Source of the DNA: Promethearchaeia archaeon
GTDB lineage: Archaea > Asgardarchaeota > Lokiarchaeia > Sigyniarchaeales > SOKP01
Assembly (NCBI GenBank): GCA_046483985.1
Contig: JAWOCD010000022.1
Coordinates: 16-64,015 of the forward strand
DNA length: 64,000 nucleotides
Direction: 5' to 3'
Part shown: positions 12,433 to 21,888 of the stretch, one piece after another
Position numbering within the stretch: position 1 is the stretch's first letter
Layout of the letters: every line of letters begins with the position of its first letter
The notes under the pieces: generated by a model
The model's database searches: none
Told to the model about the DNA's origin: nothing
The model's input: the letters and a program-made list of their open reading frames with translations, nothing else
Made by a program: the position numbers and the translations under genes

Positions 12433-13665
12433 TTAAAATATCAGCGAAATAAGGAACCATATTACCCATATAAATCCTATCAATATTACAATCGCTCCCA
12501 CTCCAAGCCACGAGGTCAACACATTTTTAACAATGTTAACCTTGAAATCTACAGCTTCATATGGACATAGTTCTGCGCAGCAATAACAAGTGATGCATTT
12601 ATCTTTATCCCATGAGGGAACATATTTACTGGGGTCATTGATTTCTGGCTTAGAAATGGCATCCACTGGACAATTTTCCCAACAAGTCCCGCATAATCTA
12701 CATTTTTCCAAATCAAATTTTACCGTAGACTTAAAAATCACTTCACTGGCATAATCAGCCAAGAATCTGGGTAACGGAAAACTGATGGGGCGACCAGGAG
12801 GACTTGTGAATTTCTTTTCCATTGATTTTATAGACTCTCCGAGAATCTCGAAAGATCGTAACTCTGTGGTTCCTAAATTTCTTATTTCTCCCTTCTTTAG
12901 GTATTTAATCTCTTTAGGATCAAAACCAATTAATTTACAGACCAAGGTGTCAAGGGCAACGGGATCAAACCCCGCAATGATGGTATCCATTTTCACAATA
13001 TCACCGGAAGAGGGCCCATTCCCTTCCATTCCATAATATCCGTCAATGACGGTCAGTTGGGGTCTGGAAACCGAATAGATATCGGTCAATGCCGCGCAGA
13101 AATCCTCAAGTTTCGGGAACTTAGCGTGAGTAGCTGCTTTATTTCCAAGGATTAAGGTCCCGAACATGTTCTTGATGCAACATGTGACCGTACATTGCCC
13201 GTGTGTTTTAATTTTCGGGAGATTGATGATTATATCCGCTTCCTCTAAAAGGGTGGATGAGGAGATCTGATTAAGCACGAGTGGATTCTCTACCTTGTAT
13301 AATTTTCGCGGTGTGGCTTCAAATGGAGTCCATTTTACATCTTCACGTTCACACACTTTTTTTAATCCGCTTTTTTCAAACGATTCTTCCGTTTTTCCGC
13401 GTTTTTGAGTCCCGCTTGAGTCTGCTACAATAATCTCTTCTGGGTTAAATTGTTTTACCCATTGGATTACGGCAGACAATACAGAAGGGTGTGTGGTTGT
13501 TCCCTCTTTGGGTGCCTTGGGCATGAGAAGATTGGGTTTTAGGAGAACTTTTCTTGGATTATTGTGAAACAACTTTTCTGCATGAATGAGTTCCAAGGCT
13601 TCAAAAACTGCCTCTTTTACGTTCTCATTTCGTATTTTGGTGAGTGATATTTTTTTATTGCTCAT
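12433..13665 (-). CDS. DUF362-domain protein with a C-terminal 2x[4Fe-4S] ferredoxin domain and a terminal TM anchor
   Basis: VLLKPNLLMPKAPKEGTTTHPSVLSAVI is typical of DUF362. CRLCGTCWENCP and CITCYCCAELCP are ferredoxin motifs. The last ~30 aa are hydrophobic (WLGVGAIVILIGFIWVIWFLISLIF). Confidence 0.65.
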   Translation of the reverse strand: MSNKKISLTKIRNENVKEAVFEALELIHAEKLFHNNPRKVLLKPNLLMPKAPKEGTTTHPSVLSAVIQWVKQFNPEEIIVADSSGTQKRGKTEESFEKSGLKKVCEREDVKWTPFEATPRKLYKVENPLVLNQISSSTLLEEADIIINLPKIKTHGQCTVTCCIKNMFGTLILGNKAATHAKFPKLEDFCAALTDIYSVSRPQLTVIDGYYGMEGNGPSSGDIVKMDTIIAGFDPVALDTLVCKLIGFDPKEIKYLKKGEIRNLGTTELRSFEILGESIKSMEKKFTSPPGRPISFPLPRFLADYASEVIFKSTVKFDLEKCRLCGTCWENCPVDAISKPEINDPSKYVPSWDKDKCITCYCCAELCPYEAVDFKVNIVKNVLTSWLGVGAIVILIGFIWVIWFLISLIF

Positions 13666-13740
13666 AGATCTTTTTAACCTTTGTAGACTTTTTTATTTTT
13701 GCCTATAGATCATTAATGAATTGTTTGATATTTCGATTTC

Positions 13741-14919
13741 TTATATCTCTTTTTCCACGAATGTTCTAAGTTTGTCTATTGCAATTTTTATCTCATTTAG
13801 TTCGGTTGCATAGGAGAGACGGATAAAATCGTCTCCATGAGGACCGAACGAAACCCCAGGGCAAGTTGCCACATGAGCCTTTTCAAGTAATTGGGTTGAA
13901 AAATTCATGCTATCCTTGCCCGTTTTTTTTATATTTACAAAAATATAGAAAGCTCCAGGGGGAGTCAAGCAGCTTATTCCTTCTATCTTGTTTACTTCTT
14001 CCACGATATAATCCCTTCTCTTTTTATAGGTTTGAATCATATTCTTCTTATCGTCTTCGCAATTTAAAGCATACATCCCCGCCACTTGAGAAATGGAAGG
14101 GGCGCAAATAGAGAAATTTTGCTGGATTGGAATCATTGCCGCATTAAATTTCGGTGGCGAGATAATATATCCCAAACGCCATCCCGTCATGGCATAAATT
14201 TTGCTGAATCCGTCCAAAATAATTAATCTGTCCTTTACTTTGTCATATAGTTCTTTATCGCTTAACGATGGTGCGATGGAACCGGTATATGTTAATTCCG
14301 AATAGATCTCATCCGAAATGACCCAGAATTGGTGATCTTGCACCAAGTCAGCAACTCCTTCTAAAGTTTCCTCGGGTATTATTTGTCCCGTGGGATTAGA
14401 TGGGCTGTTTAAAATAAGTGCCTTGGTATTAGAGGTAATTTTATCTTTTAACCGTTCCATGTCCAAATTAAACTCATCCTTTTCATAAATCGGGAGCATG
14501 GTTACCTTTCCATTAAAAAAATTGACGAAATTCACGTAACAAGGATAGCCGGGATCCGTAATTATTATTTCGTCCGGAGAATCTATCAAAACAGACATGA
14601 TATTAAAAAAGGCTGGAGATGTCCCTGAAGTGATCATCATTTCCGTTTCTGGATCAAATTGGACTTCTCGCTGATCGTATTTATTCTCTGCAATAGCTTC
14701 TCGTAATTCTAAGATTCCTAATGAATGCGTATAGTGCGTTTTCCCTCTGGAGATCTCATCCATGCAACCATTTATAATGCGTTGCGGCGTATCAAAATCG
14801 GGCTCCCCAATCTCTAGATGTTTTACATCAATCCCTTTTCTTTCCATCTGTTTTGCTTTTTCTAATACTTCCATTACAATAAACGGTTTTATCCGCTCTA
14901 ATCTCCTTGAAAATTCCAT
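13741..14919 (-). CDS. Class I/II PLP-dependent aminotransferase (aspartate/aromatic type)
   Basis: NSPSNPTG and the PLP-lysine block FSKIYAMTGWRLGY are present. The length is 392 aa. Confidence 0.85.
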   Translation of the reverse strand: MEFSRRLERIKPFIVMEVLEKAKQMERKGIDVKHLEIGEPDFDTPQRIINGCMDEISRGKTHYTHSLGILELREAIAENKYDQREVQFDPETEMMITSGTSPAFFNIMSVLIDSPDEIIITDPGYPCYVNFVNFFNGKVTMLPIYEKDEFNLDMERLKDKITSNTKALILNSPSNPTGQIIPEETLEGVADLVQDHQFWVISDEIYSELTYTGSIAPSLSDKELYDKVKDRLIILDGFSKIYAMTGWRLGYIISPPKFNAAMIPIQQNFSICAPSISQVAGMYALNCEDDKKNMIQTYKKRRDYIVEEVNKIEGISCLTPPGAFYIFVNIKKTGKDSMNFSTQLLEKAHVATCPGVSFGPHGDDFIRLSYATELNEIKIAIDKLRTFVEKEI

Positions 14920-15056
14920 TTTCTTATAACTCTCTTCTTTTTAGTTTTCGTTCCATATCTGATTTAAATCAATTATCCATTATAATATAAATATCCTTTA
15001 AAATATTAAAAATAAGACGATGTTATAACTTTAAAAAGAGAAATATAAAGAAGAAT

Positions 15057-17555
15057 TTAAATATTATGTGACTCCCGCGCAATTATCTCATCTTGCAATT
15101 CCTTCCCTATACTATTGAAATAGGCATTATAACCTGTAACTCGTACAAGAAGGTTTGGATAGTCCTTAGGATGCTTTTGGGCATCTTTAAGCATATCCAC
15201 ATCAAGCATATTAATTTGTAATGAGGTACCTCCGTTTTCAATATATCCTCGAAGGTATGCCTTAAATTTTTCTCGATGTTCCGGGTCGCGGATAATTGAT
15301 GGATTAAAGGTGATTGTGTGACTGGCTCCGTTGGGAAGATAATTGATGTATTCTCCATCCTCATTTTTACCGCCTAAAGCCCTTCCCACAGAGTTAGTGA
15401 CCGCAGTTGGACCCTTTTTGTCCGCTCCGGTATTAGGACATATGGCGTTTGACATAAAAGTTCCTTCATTTCTTCCATCTGGAGTTGCCGCCGTGAATGA
15501 TGCATCAGCTCCTGCCCAATAATTCCAAGAAAGCATGCCGGGTCGATATTGGAACCCCGTCGGAGTTTTATACTTCCAAGTTTCGTCCGCCCACGTTTTC
15601 ATTACTTTTCTGGCTAACTCATCGGGTTCCTTATTATCATTTCCGTATTTTGGTGCTTTATTCTTTAGGAAGGTTTGCATGATTATATTTTCTTTTCCTT
15701 CAAAATCATCTCTTAAAGCTTGTTTGACCTCCTTAATGGTATATCTTTCTTCATCATACACGAAATGTTTAATTGCAAGTAATGAATCCACCGTTGTGGC
15801 AAAACCTACTCCTTCGACGGTGACAAAGGAAAGTTCTGCCCCTCCATTTCTCACGTCTTTTCCTTGTTCAATGCATCCCCGAACGAGGGTTGATAGATAT
15901 GGGGTTGGTAAAAAGGCTCCGCGTAATTCTTCTGTCTTATTATTTACCTCCACTAGGTATTTAATAATGAACCTAACTTGCTCTTGCCATGCATTCCATA
16001 AATCCTCCCAACTCTCAAAATCTTCTGGTCTTCCCGTTTCAGGACCAATTTGTTCTCCATCTTTTGTGGCTTCATTATTGCCTGGCATATTCTTCCCGTT
16101 CCATAAGGTTAATTCTATACTTTTGGCAAGGTTCGGATTGCAATTAACTGTTCCGGATCTGTCGTTTCCTTGCATTGTATTTTCTAAGCACCCCACACAG
16201 GCGTAATCCCATGCATCCTCTTCTGGAATTCCCTCTCTTACCATACCAGCAATACTTCGCTCGTCAAAATTCAAGAGAAAGGGAGATCCTTGAGATCGGG
16301 AGATCATATCGATAATAATGTCTAATAGTTTATCTGGCGAATTTCTATTGAGTCGAATATTCGGTTTTGGCTCCAAAATTGGTGACCATTCATCAATTAC
16401 TTCTAAGATCGTGTAAGTTAATTCATTTGTTAGGTCTTCTCCATTTGGTCCACAGCCCGATAAGGTCATCAGTTGACCGAACGCGCTGGTGATCCCTTGT
16501 TTCCCTAACTTAATTTGAGCATCGTAGGCGGTATTACAATGAAACCAAAAGCTCCCCAAGATATCTTTGGCAAAATCTTTGGTGATGTTTCTTTCTTCAA
16601 TTACGTCCCTTTTATAAAGTTCCCATAAATATTGATCTGTTCTGCCAAATGAGGTTCCTGGGCCAGGATAGGATTCCTCGGCCATAATTAACATATGCGT
16701 TAACCATAGGGCTTGAACTCCTTGCCAAAATGTTTTCGCCGGTTCCCACGGTACTTTTTCTAAATTGATTGCCATTTGCTCTAGTTCTTCTTTTCTTTCT
16801 GGAGATTCCGTTTCTGAGATTAAGCGTCTGCATTCATCCGCATACTTTTTTGCCAATTTCCGTGGAATTTCCGTGGCTTTAATCATTGCTCTTAATTCTT
16901 CTCCCTTGGGTCCGTTTTTTTCTTTTTTTGATAGTTGTTCGTAGGACTTTTTGGCTTTTATGTGTAAATATTTAAATCCTTTCTTGATAATCGTATCATG
17001 ATCGGGAATAATGTGGCCTGCCGTTGCTCCCGTATTGCCGAATCCGGAACGATGAAATTTAAAAAGTGCATGTCTACATTCCAAATTTTTCTCCCAATAT
17101 TCCTCTGCCTCCGTTTTGGTGAGACATTTACTCAACTGGGTATTGAATCGTCCTCCCGCAATGAGATCATTTTCTGAAATGATTTCTTGGGGGATATAAT
17201 TTAATATGCCCTCCTCAAAGAAAGTTATCCGCCTTTCTGGCAACGATAGTTCCCAAAAATTATCCGGCAGCTCAACTTTTTGAGCCATCGAACGTATAGA
17301 GGCTACAAATGGTCCATATTCGTCCTCTCCGATATAGTAATATACCTCTGGAGCTACATAATAATCCCCTTCGTGCCAGATGACATCCCAATCAGTTCCT
17401 GTAGTTAAGGGGGTAAACTCATTTGCCCACTCTCTATCTGCTCCCTTAAAATAGTATTCCCGGAGCCATTGTTGTCTGGGGGAGAGATCATGCGATTCGG
17501 CAATTTGAAACTGCCGTTCGCGGGATAATTTAGATTTATTTTTACTCTTACTCAT
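15057..17555 (-). CDS. Glycyl radical enzyme, PFL2/dehydratase-like clade, divergent
   Basis: The C-terminal glycine-radical loop LLVRVTGYNAYF has Gly808 (nt 15117-15143). The thiyl loop DYACVGCLE has Cys456 and Glu458 (nt 16182-16199). The length is 832 aa. Confidence 0.9.
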   Translation of the reverse strand: MSKSKNKSKLSRERQFQIAESHDLSPRQQWLREYYFKGADREWANEFTPLTTGTDWDVIWHEGDYYVAPEVYYYIGEDEYGPFVASIRSMAQKVELPDNFWELSLPERRITFFEEGILNYIPQEIISENDLIAGGRFNTQLSKCLTKTEAEEYWEKNLECRHALFKFHRSGFGNTGATAGHIIPDHDTIIKKGFKYLHIKAKKSYEQLSKKEKNGPKGEELRAMIKATEIPRKLAKKYADECRRLISETESPERKEELEQMAINLEKVPWEPAKTFWQGVQALWLTHMLIMAEESYPGPGTSFGRTDQYLWELYKRDVIEERNITKDFAKDILGSFWFHCNTAYDAQIKLGKQGITSAFGQLMTLSGCGPNGEDLTNELTYTILEVIDEWSPILEPKPNIRLNRNSPDKLLDIIIDMISRSQGSPFLLNFDERSIAGMVREGIPEEDAWDYACVGCLENTMQGNDRSGTVNCNPNLAKSIELTLWNGKNMPGNNEATKDGEQIGPETGRPEDFESWEDLWNAWQEQVRFIIKYLVEVNNKTEELRGAFLPTPYLSTLVRGCIEQGKDVRNGGAELSFVTVEGVGFATTVDSLLAIKHFVYDEERYTIKEVKQALRDDFEGKENIIMQTFLKNKAPKYGNDNKEPDELARKVMKTWADETWKYKTPTGFQYRPGMLSWNYWAGADASFTAATPDGRNEGTFMSNAICPNTGADKKGPTAVTNSVGRALGGKNEDGEYINYLPNGASHTITFNPSIIRDPEHREKFKAYLRGYIENGGTSLQINMLDVDMLKDAQKHPKDYPNLLVRVTGYNAYFNSIGKELQDEIIARESHNI

Positions 17556-17907
17556 TTTTAAATCCCTTTCTTATTTGGTACTTACGATAAAGTAATAAAA
17601 AATATATTATATATAGATTGGTTTTACAAAATAAAGTGTTAAGTTTTAGAATTATTCTGATAAATTGAGATGGTATTTTCACCCTCTACAAAAACCTCAA
17701 AAATCTCTTTTACTCACCCGTTTTCGGCCATTTTTGTATCTTTTTTATGAAAATCCATAGCGCGCTCTTCTTGGGAACGGTAAGGCTTTAAAACTTCTAA
17801 AAGAAAAGAGAAGTAATTATGGCGACTTTTGGTGAAAATGTTAATGATTTATTTTTAAAATATATATCATTCATTAATATGACGATTACTAAATAAAGTG
17901 ATTTTGA

Positions 17908-18999
17908 ATGAAAAATGTATTAGGGGTCGATCCGGGTACGAAATCTTGGGACTTTTTTGGGTTATCTGATAAAGATGTTGTTGTCGATACATCAATTCCC
18001 TCCAAAGAGTTAATGGAAAAGCCGCAGAAAGCAATTATGATTATTGAATCGATGGAAGATATAGATTTAATGGTGGCACCAAGCGGATTTGGGCTGCCGC
18101 TTAAAAAAGTCCAAGGTCTTGATAAAGATGATATATTTTTCACGCTGTTAAAATTTAAGAAAAAAGCAAAGGATCAATTACTCGGGCTGGGAGATGTCTT
18201 ACGTTTAATTAAGAAAGCGGATATTCCAGGTATAATGGTTCCTGGTGTAAAGCATCTATCCACGGTCCCTACCTATAGGAAGATAAATAAAGTAGATATG
18301 GGCACTGCCGATAAACTTTGTACCAGTGTGGTGGGAATTAAACATCAAATGGAACGATTTCATATTCTCCCGGAAAAAACGAATTTTATTATGGTTGAAA
18401 TAGGACACGGATTTACCGCAGTATTAGCCGTTGAAAATGGTCAAATTATCGATGGAATCGGCGGATCTAATATAATGGGATTCAGAGCATGTGGCAGTTT
18501 AGATGGCGAATTAGCATATTTAATTAAAAATATTAGGAAGAAAAATATTTACCGTGGGGGAGTGTCGTATATCTCTGGTTATCCGGATTTGAGTATTAAG
18601 GAAATTACATTCCTTGCTGAAAAGGATGAACATGTGAGAAATGCCTTAAAAGCTTATGTAGATGATGTTACAAAAGCAGTCTATGCGATATCATCTTCTT
18701 ATCTCGAAACCCATGAGAATATGGAGATTTTATTGGCTGGGAGGGGCGCGAAGATCGATTATTTACGTAATATGCTAGTAAACTCGATAGAATCGATCGC
18801 ACCGGTAAAGTTAATGGGAAATTATAGTCAAATCGCGAAGCGAGCAGCTCAAGGAGCTGCCTTTATCGCAAATGGCCTTTTAGACGGCGAATATGAGCCA
18901 ATAATCGATAATCTAAAGCTCAAAGAAGCTTCGGGGTCGATCCTTGACGATATTTATATCCCCCTCGATAATAAAGAACTCAAACCATATTTGCCCTAA
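17908..18999 (+). CDS. ASKHA-fold (acetate/sugar-kinase-like) protein resembling the archaeal DUF1464 family
   Basis: The N-terminal VLGVDPGTKSWDFFGL has a phosphate-1-like DxGT motif. The size is about 360 aa. The family assignment is from memory. Confidence 0.5.
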   Translation: MKNVLGVDPGTKSWDFFGLSDKDVVVDTSIPSKELMEKPQKAIMIIESMEDIDLMVAPSGFGLPLKKVQGLDKDDIFFTLLKFKKKAKDQLLGLGDVLRLIKKADIPGIMVPGVKHLSTVPTYRKINKVDMGTADKLCTSVVGIKHQMERFHILPEKTNFIMVEIGHGFTAVLAVENGQIIDGIGGSNIMGFRACGSLDGELAYLIKNIRKKNIYRGGVSYISGYPDLSIKEITFLAEKDEHVRNALKAYVDDVTKAVYAISSSYLETHENMEILLAGRGAKIDYLRNMLVNSIESIAPVKLMGNYSQIAKRAAQGAAFIANGLLDGEYEPIIDNLKLKEASGSILDDIYIPLDNKELKPYLP

Positions 19000-19055
19000 T
19001 TCATACTGTATTATCTAAAGAAGAAGATTATTATTTATCTACTGAGGAGAAAATT

Positions 19056-20636
19056 ATGAACATAGTTATCATTACCGGTGAGCAAAGCTATTCCATTCTT
19101 GAGGAGATAGTTAAAAATCTCCAGGAGCACCAATTCTCCATTGAAGTGGCTCCTGTTTCCATCTCTGCGTTTATAACAAAACAAATGGTTCGTTCTCTAC
19201 TTTCTTCTTTGCAAATCTCTTCGGTTGATTTAGTCCTACTTCCGGGTTTTATTCAATGGGATACTGTTTCTTTAGAAGGACAATTCAACGTTAAAATCAG
19301 AAAAGGCCCAGAATTTGCTTCAGATCTCCCGGTCATTATTGAACAGCTTGAAGATATCGAATTATCAACGACTATTCCTGCAAATAAGTTACTGCAAGTC
19401 TCTGGTGAAAAAGAATATAAAAACTTGGTGCAAAGAAAGCTCAAAACTGCAAAAGAACATATCTGCCATCACACTTTTTATGTGAAAAAAAGCCGCTCGG
19501 ATTTAATGATTGGTAAATATTTACCGCCCCCCATTATTGCTGAGATAGTTAATTGTACAGAAAAAACAGATGCGAAAATTATTAGGAAAGTTGCCCATTA
19601 TTCTAAGACGGGAGCGGATATTATTGATATTGGATGCGTATCAAATAAACCTAACCCGCAACGAGTTAGGGAGATTATAAGATTAATTCGAGATAAATTT
19701 AACATTTTGATTAGTATCGATTCAATGGATTCTAATGAAATTTCTGCTGCAGTCCATGAAGAGATTGATTTGATTTTAAGCCTTGATCTCAGTAATTATC
19801 GGACCTTCTTAGATATTCCCAAAGATATTCCAATTGTATTACTCCCCACGAAAATTAAGGAAGGGTTTTTCCCCCAAGACGCTGAGACACGAGTAAATAA
19901 TCTACTTGAATTAACGGAGATTATGCAGCAGCACGGCTTTAAAAAATTAATTGCAGATCCCTTATTAGAGACGCCCATAGCTCCCGGTATGTGCAATTCA
20001 CTAAAAGCATACTTTTTGTACCAAGAAAAGGTCAGTCAAAAGAAAAATTTACCTTTGGAGCTGCCGCTCTTTTTCGGAATCTCAAATGTGGTGGAACTTA
20101 TGGATGTGGATTCCATAGGGATAAACGGTTTACTAGCGAGTATTGCGACCGAATTAGAGATAGGAATAGTTTTTACCGTCGAGCATAGCGCAAAACTCAT
20201 GTACGGGGTGGCTGAGTTAAAACAGGCACTTATGCTTAATTATTTGGCTAAGGGGAAAAAAACGCCGCCAATCAATCAAGGGATCTCCGCATTTAAAGCG
20301 AAAGGAAAGACACGCGAAAAAATCCCCAACGAAGTTCGAAATAACCTCGAGGAGAACGTTATCCAAGCCGAAGAACAGAAAGAATATAAGCCCGATAAGA
20401 ATGGCTATTTTCGAATATATATTGAACATTATTCCGGGAAGATTTTCGTGTTATTTTATGATAACGCTGATAATTTTCTTCATTCTTTTCAAGGTAACAC
20501 CGCTGAAGATCTCAGTAAAAAGATCATAGAAATGAATTTAACTCAAAATATACAACATCTGAATTATCTTGGACGAGAATTGGCAAAAGCTGAATATTGT
20601 CTGAAGTCTGGGAAACCTTATTTACAAGACCAGTAA
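19056..20636 (+). CDS. Dihydropteroate-synthase-like pterin-binding protein (MJ0107-like architecture)
   Basis: The central GADIIDIGC is a pterin-binding TIM-barrel motif. The ~525-aa three-part architecture with N- and C-terminal extra domains resembles the methanogen DHPS-like proteins. Confidence 0.65.
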   Translation: MNIVIITGEQSYSILEEIVKNLQEHQFSIEVAPVSISAFITKQMVRSLLSSLQISSVDLVLLPGFIQWDTVSLEGQFNVKIRKGPEFASDLPVIIEQLEDIELSTTIPANKLLQVSGEKEYKNLVQRKLKTAKEHICHHTFYVKKSRSDLMIGKYLPPPIIAEIVNCTEKTDAKIIRKVAHYSKTGADIIDIGCVSNKPNPQRVREIIRLIRDKFNILISIDSMDSNEISAAVHEEIDLILSLDLSNYRTFLDIPKDIPIVLLPTKIKEGFFPQDAETRVNNLLELTEIMQQHGFKKLIADPLLETPIAPGMCNSLKAYFLYQEKVSQKKNLPLELPLFFGISNVVELMDVDSIGINGLLASIATELEIGIVFTVEHSAKLMYGVAELKQALMLNYLAKGKKTPPINQGISAFKAKGKTREKIPNEVRNNLEENVIQAEEQKEYKPDKNGYFRIYIEHYSGKIFVLFYDNADNFLHSFQGNTAEDLSKKIIEMNLTQNIQHLNYLGRELAKAEYCLKSGKPYLQDQ

Positions 20637-20680
20637 GAAATATTTATTCTTTATTATATTGAATGATTTCATTCGGTCCT

Positions 20681-21667
20681 TTAAGTATGGAGCCTATACA
20701 AAAGATTAAACTGATTTACATTTTTGCTTAACCCATGATGTTTAACAATATATACATCTTCTATTTCATTTTTTTCCACCACTTCAGCGAGTTTGTTTCC
20801 GGCAATATCCAAGAATTTTAACTTGGGCATTCTTTTTAGATAGTCGATATTTTTTTTTTCTTTAAGTTTATTGTTTGCCAAATACAGATGGGTTATTGAA
20901 CCGATTGTTGATAATGTTCTTATATTGGTCAAGTGATTATTGTTAAGATTTAATTCTTTTACATACGTTAATCTTTTGATTTCTGGAATTTCTGATAAAT
21001 TTTTAATTCGCTCAGCATATTTTTGCCTCCACACATTGACATTCCATCCGATTTCCGATAAATCAAGCTTTGTAATAACCCCTTGCTCCCATTCAAAGAA
21101 AACCGTATAAAATCTTTCGGTTAACCTTTTAATGGTTAAATAATTGATGAGAATCTCTGCTAGCCGTTCAATAGGAAAATCTTGGTATTCCTTTCCCTGA
21201 AATAAGGTGGTAATATTTTTTCTAAATTCTTTATTTGAGTAGTTCCGATGCTTATCCAGATATTTTCGCTCTATTATTTCTTGGATTCGGTTCCAAATGA
21301 TAGTCTGTGCTTTATGGGTATTAATTTCTATTAAGGTTTCGATAATTTCAATTAAACATTCATAATCTGACTCGTGAGTGATGGCCCATGCCATCGGAAT
21401 TAATGCTCTCTCGAGGAATCTTCTTCTAATGATATGAGCTGCTAAAGTTCTAACCTTACTATTAGCATCTGTAACTAATAAATTCTCTAGGAGTTTGAAG
21501 AAGAAATCTTGGTTTTCTTGAAGATTGTTCAAATAGATGATGCTCTTCTTTCGCGTTTGTGTATTTTTGCTATTTTCAATTAGCGATAATAATAACTGAA
21601 TCGCTGTTTCCCTTGTAATTCTTTTATGATCAAGATCTTCTAATATTTCAGCAAGCTTAGAGTCCAT
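20681..21667 (-). CDS. HEAT-repeat plus leucine-rich-repeat (LRR) protein
   Basis: The N-terminus has HEAT-like helices (DANSKVRTLAAHIIRRRF). The C-terminus has LRRs (VKELNLNNNHLTNIRTLSTIGSITHLYLANNKLKE...LKFLDIAGNKL). Confidence 0.6.
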   Translation of the reverse strand: MDSKLAEILEDLDHKRITRETAIQLLLSLIENSKNTQTRKKSIIYLNNLQENQDFFFKLLENLLVTDANSKVRTLAAHIIRRRFLERALIPMAWAITHESDYECLIEIIETLIEINTHKAQTIIWNRIQEIIERKYLDKHRNYSNKEFRKNITTLFQGKEYQDFPIERLAEILINYLTIKRLTERFYTVFFEWEQGVITKLDLSEIGWNVNVWRQKYAERIKNLSEIPEIKRLTYVKELNLNNNHLTNIRTLSTIGSITHLYLANNKLKEKKNIDYLKRMPKLKFLDIAGNKLAEVVEKNEIEDVYIVKHHGLSKNVNQFNLLYRLHT

Positions 21668-21773
21668 ATTACTAATGTTAATAGTATTTTCTATAGATTT
21701 AAACCTTTAGAGTTTAGTGTTTGCATTATTTAACAGGATATATAACCCTGGTGGGTATAGAGTTCCATTTCCG

Positions 21774-21888
21774 ATTTAACGATCTGCGAAAGAAGTCCCC
21801 ATCCCTTTACAGCCCTAAGATATGCCCACCAGCTAACGCTTAGTGGACTCGTAGGAATCCCCGTCCTTTAGGGCGGGGAGACTTCAAT
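21774..21888 (+). mobile_element. Second miniature IS200/IS605 derivative (rearranged left hairpin, longer right-end segment)
   Basis: The first 36 nt are identical to the first 36 nt of both the 8155 and 63421 copies (atttaacgatctgcgaaagaagtccccatcccttta). The last 32 nt (aatccccgtcctttagggcggggagacttcaat) are identical to 8230-8261. The 3' arm of the left hairpin is replaced by unrelated sequence. Confidence 0.8.

Noticed and set aside
15535-16206. A 223-aa plus-strand ORF, and other short ORFs (15107-15364, 15497-15682, 16612-16833), inside the GRE gene.
   Set aside because: They are antisense or off-frame shadows of a confidently identified 832-aa GRE, and they have no motifs.
17908-18999. 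The possibility that the ASKHA-fold protein is the missing HgdC/BcrAD-type activator of the dehydratase pair.
   Set aside because: Activators of that family are ~260 aa with a GIDxGSTxxK N-terminus and a cluster-binding Cys at the dimer interface. This protein is 363 aa, has a different N-terminal motif (GVDPGTKSW), is divergently transcribed, and is linked to the DHPS-like gene instead. I have not excluded it experimentally.
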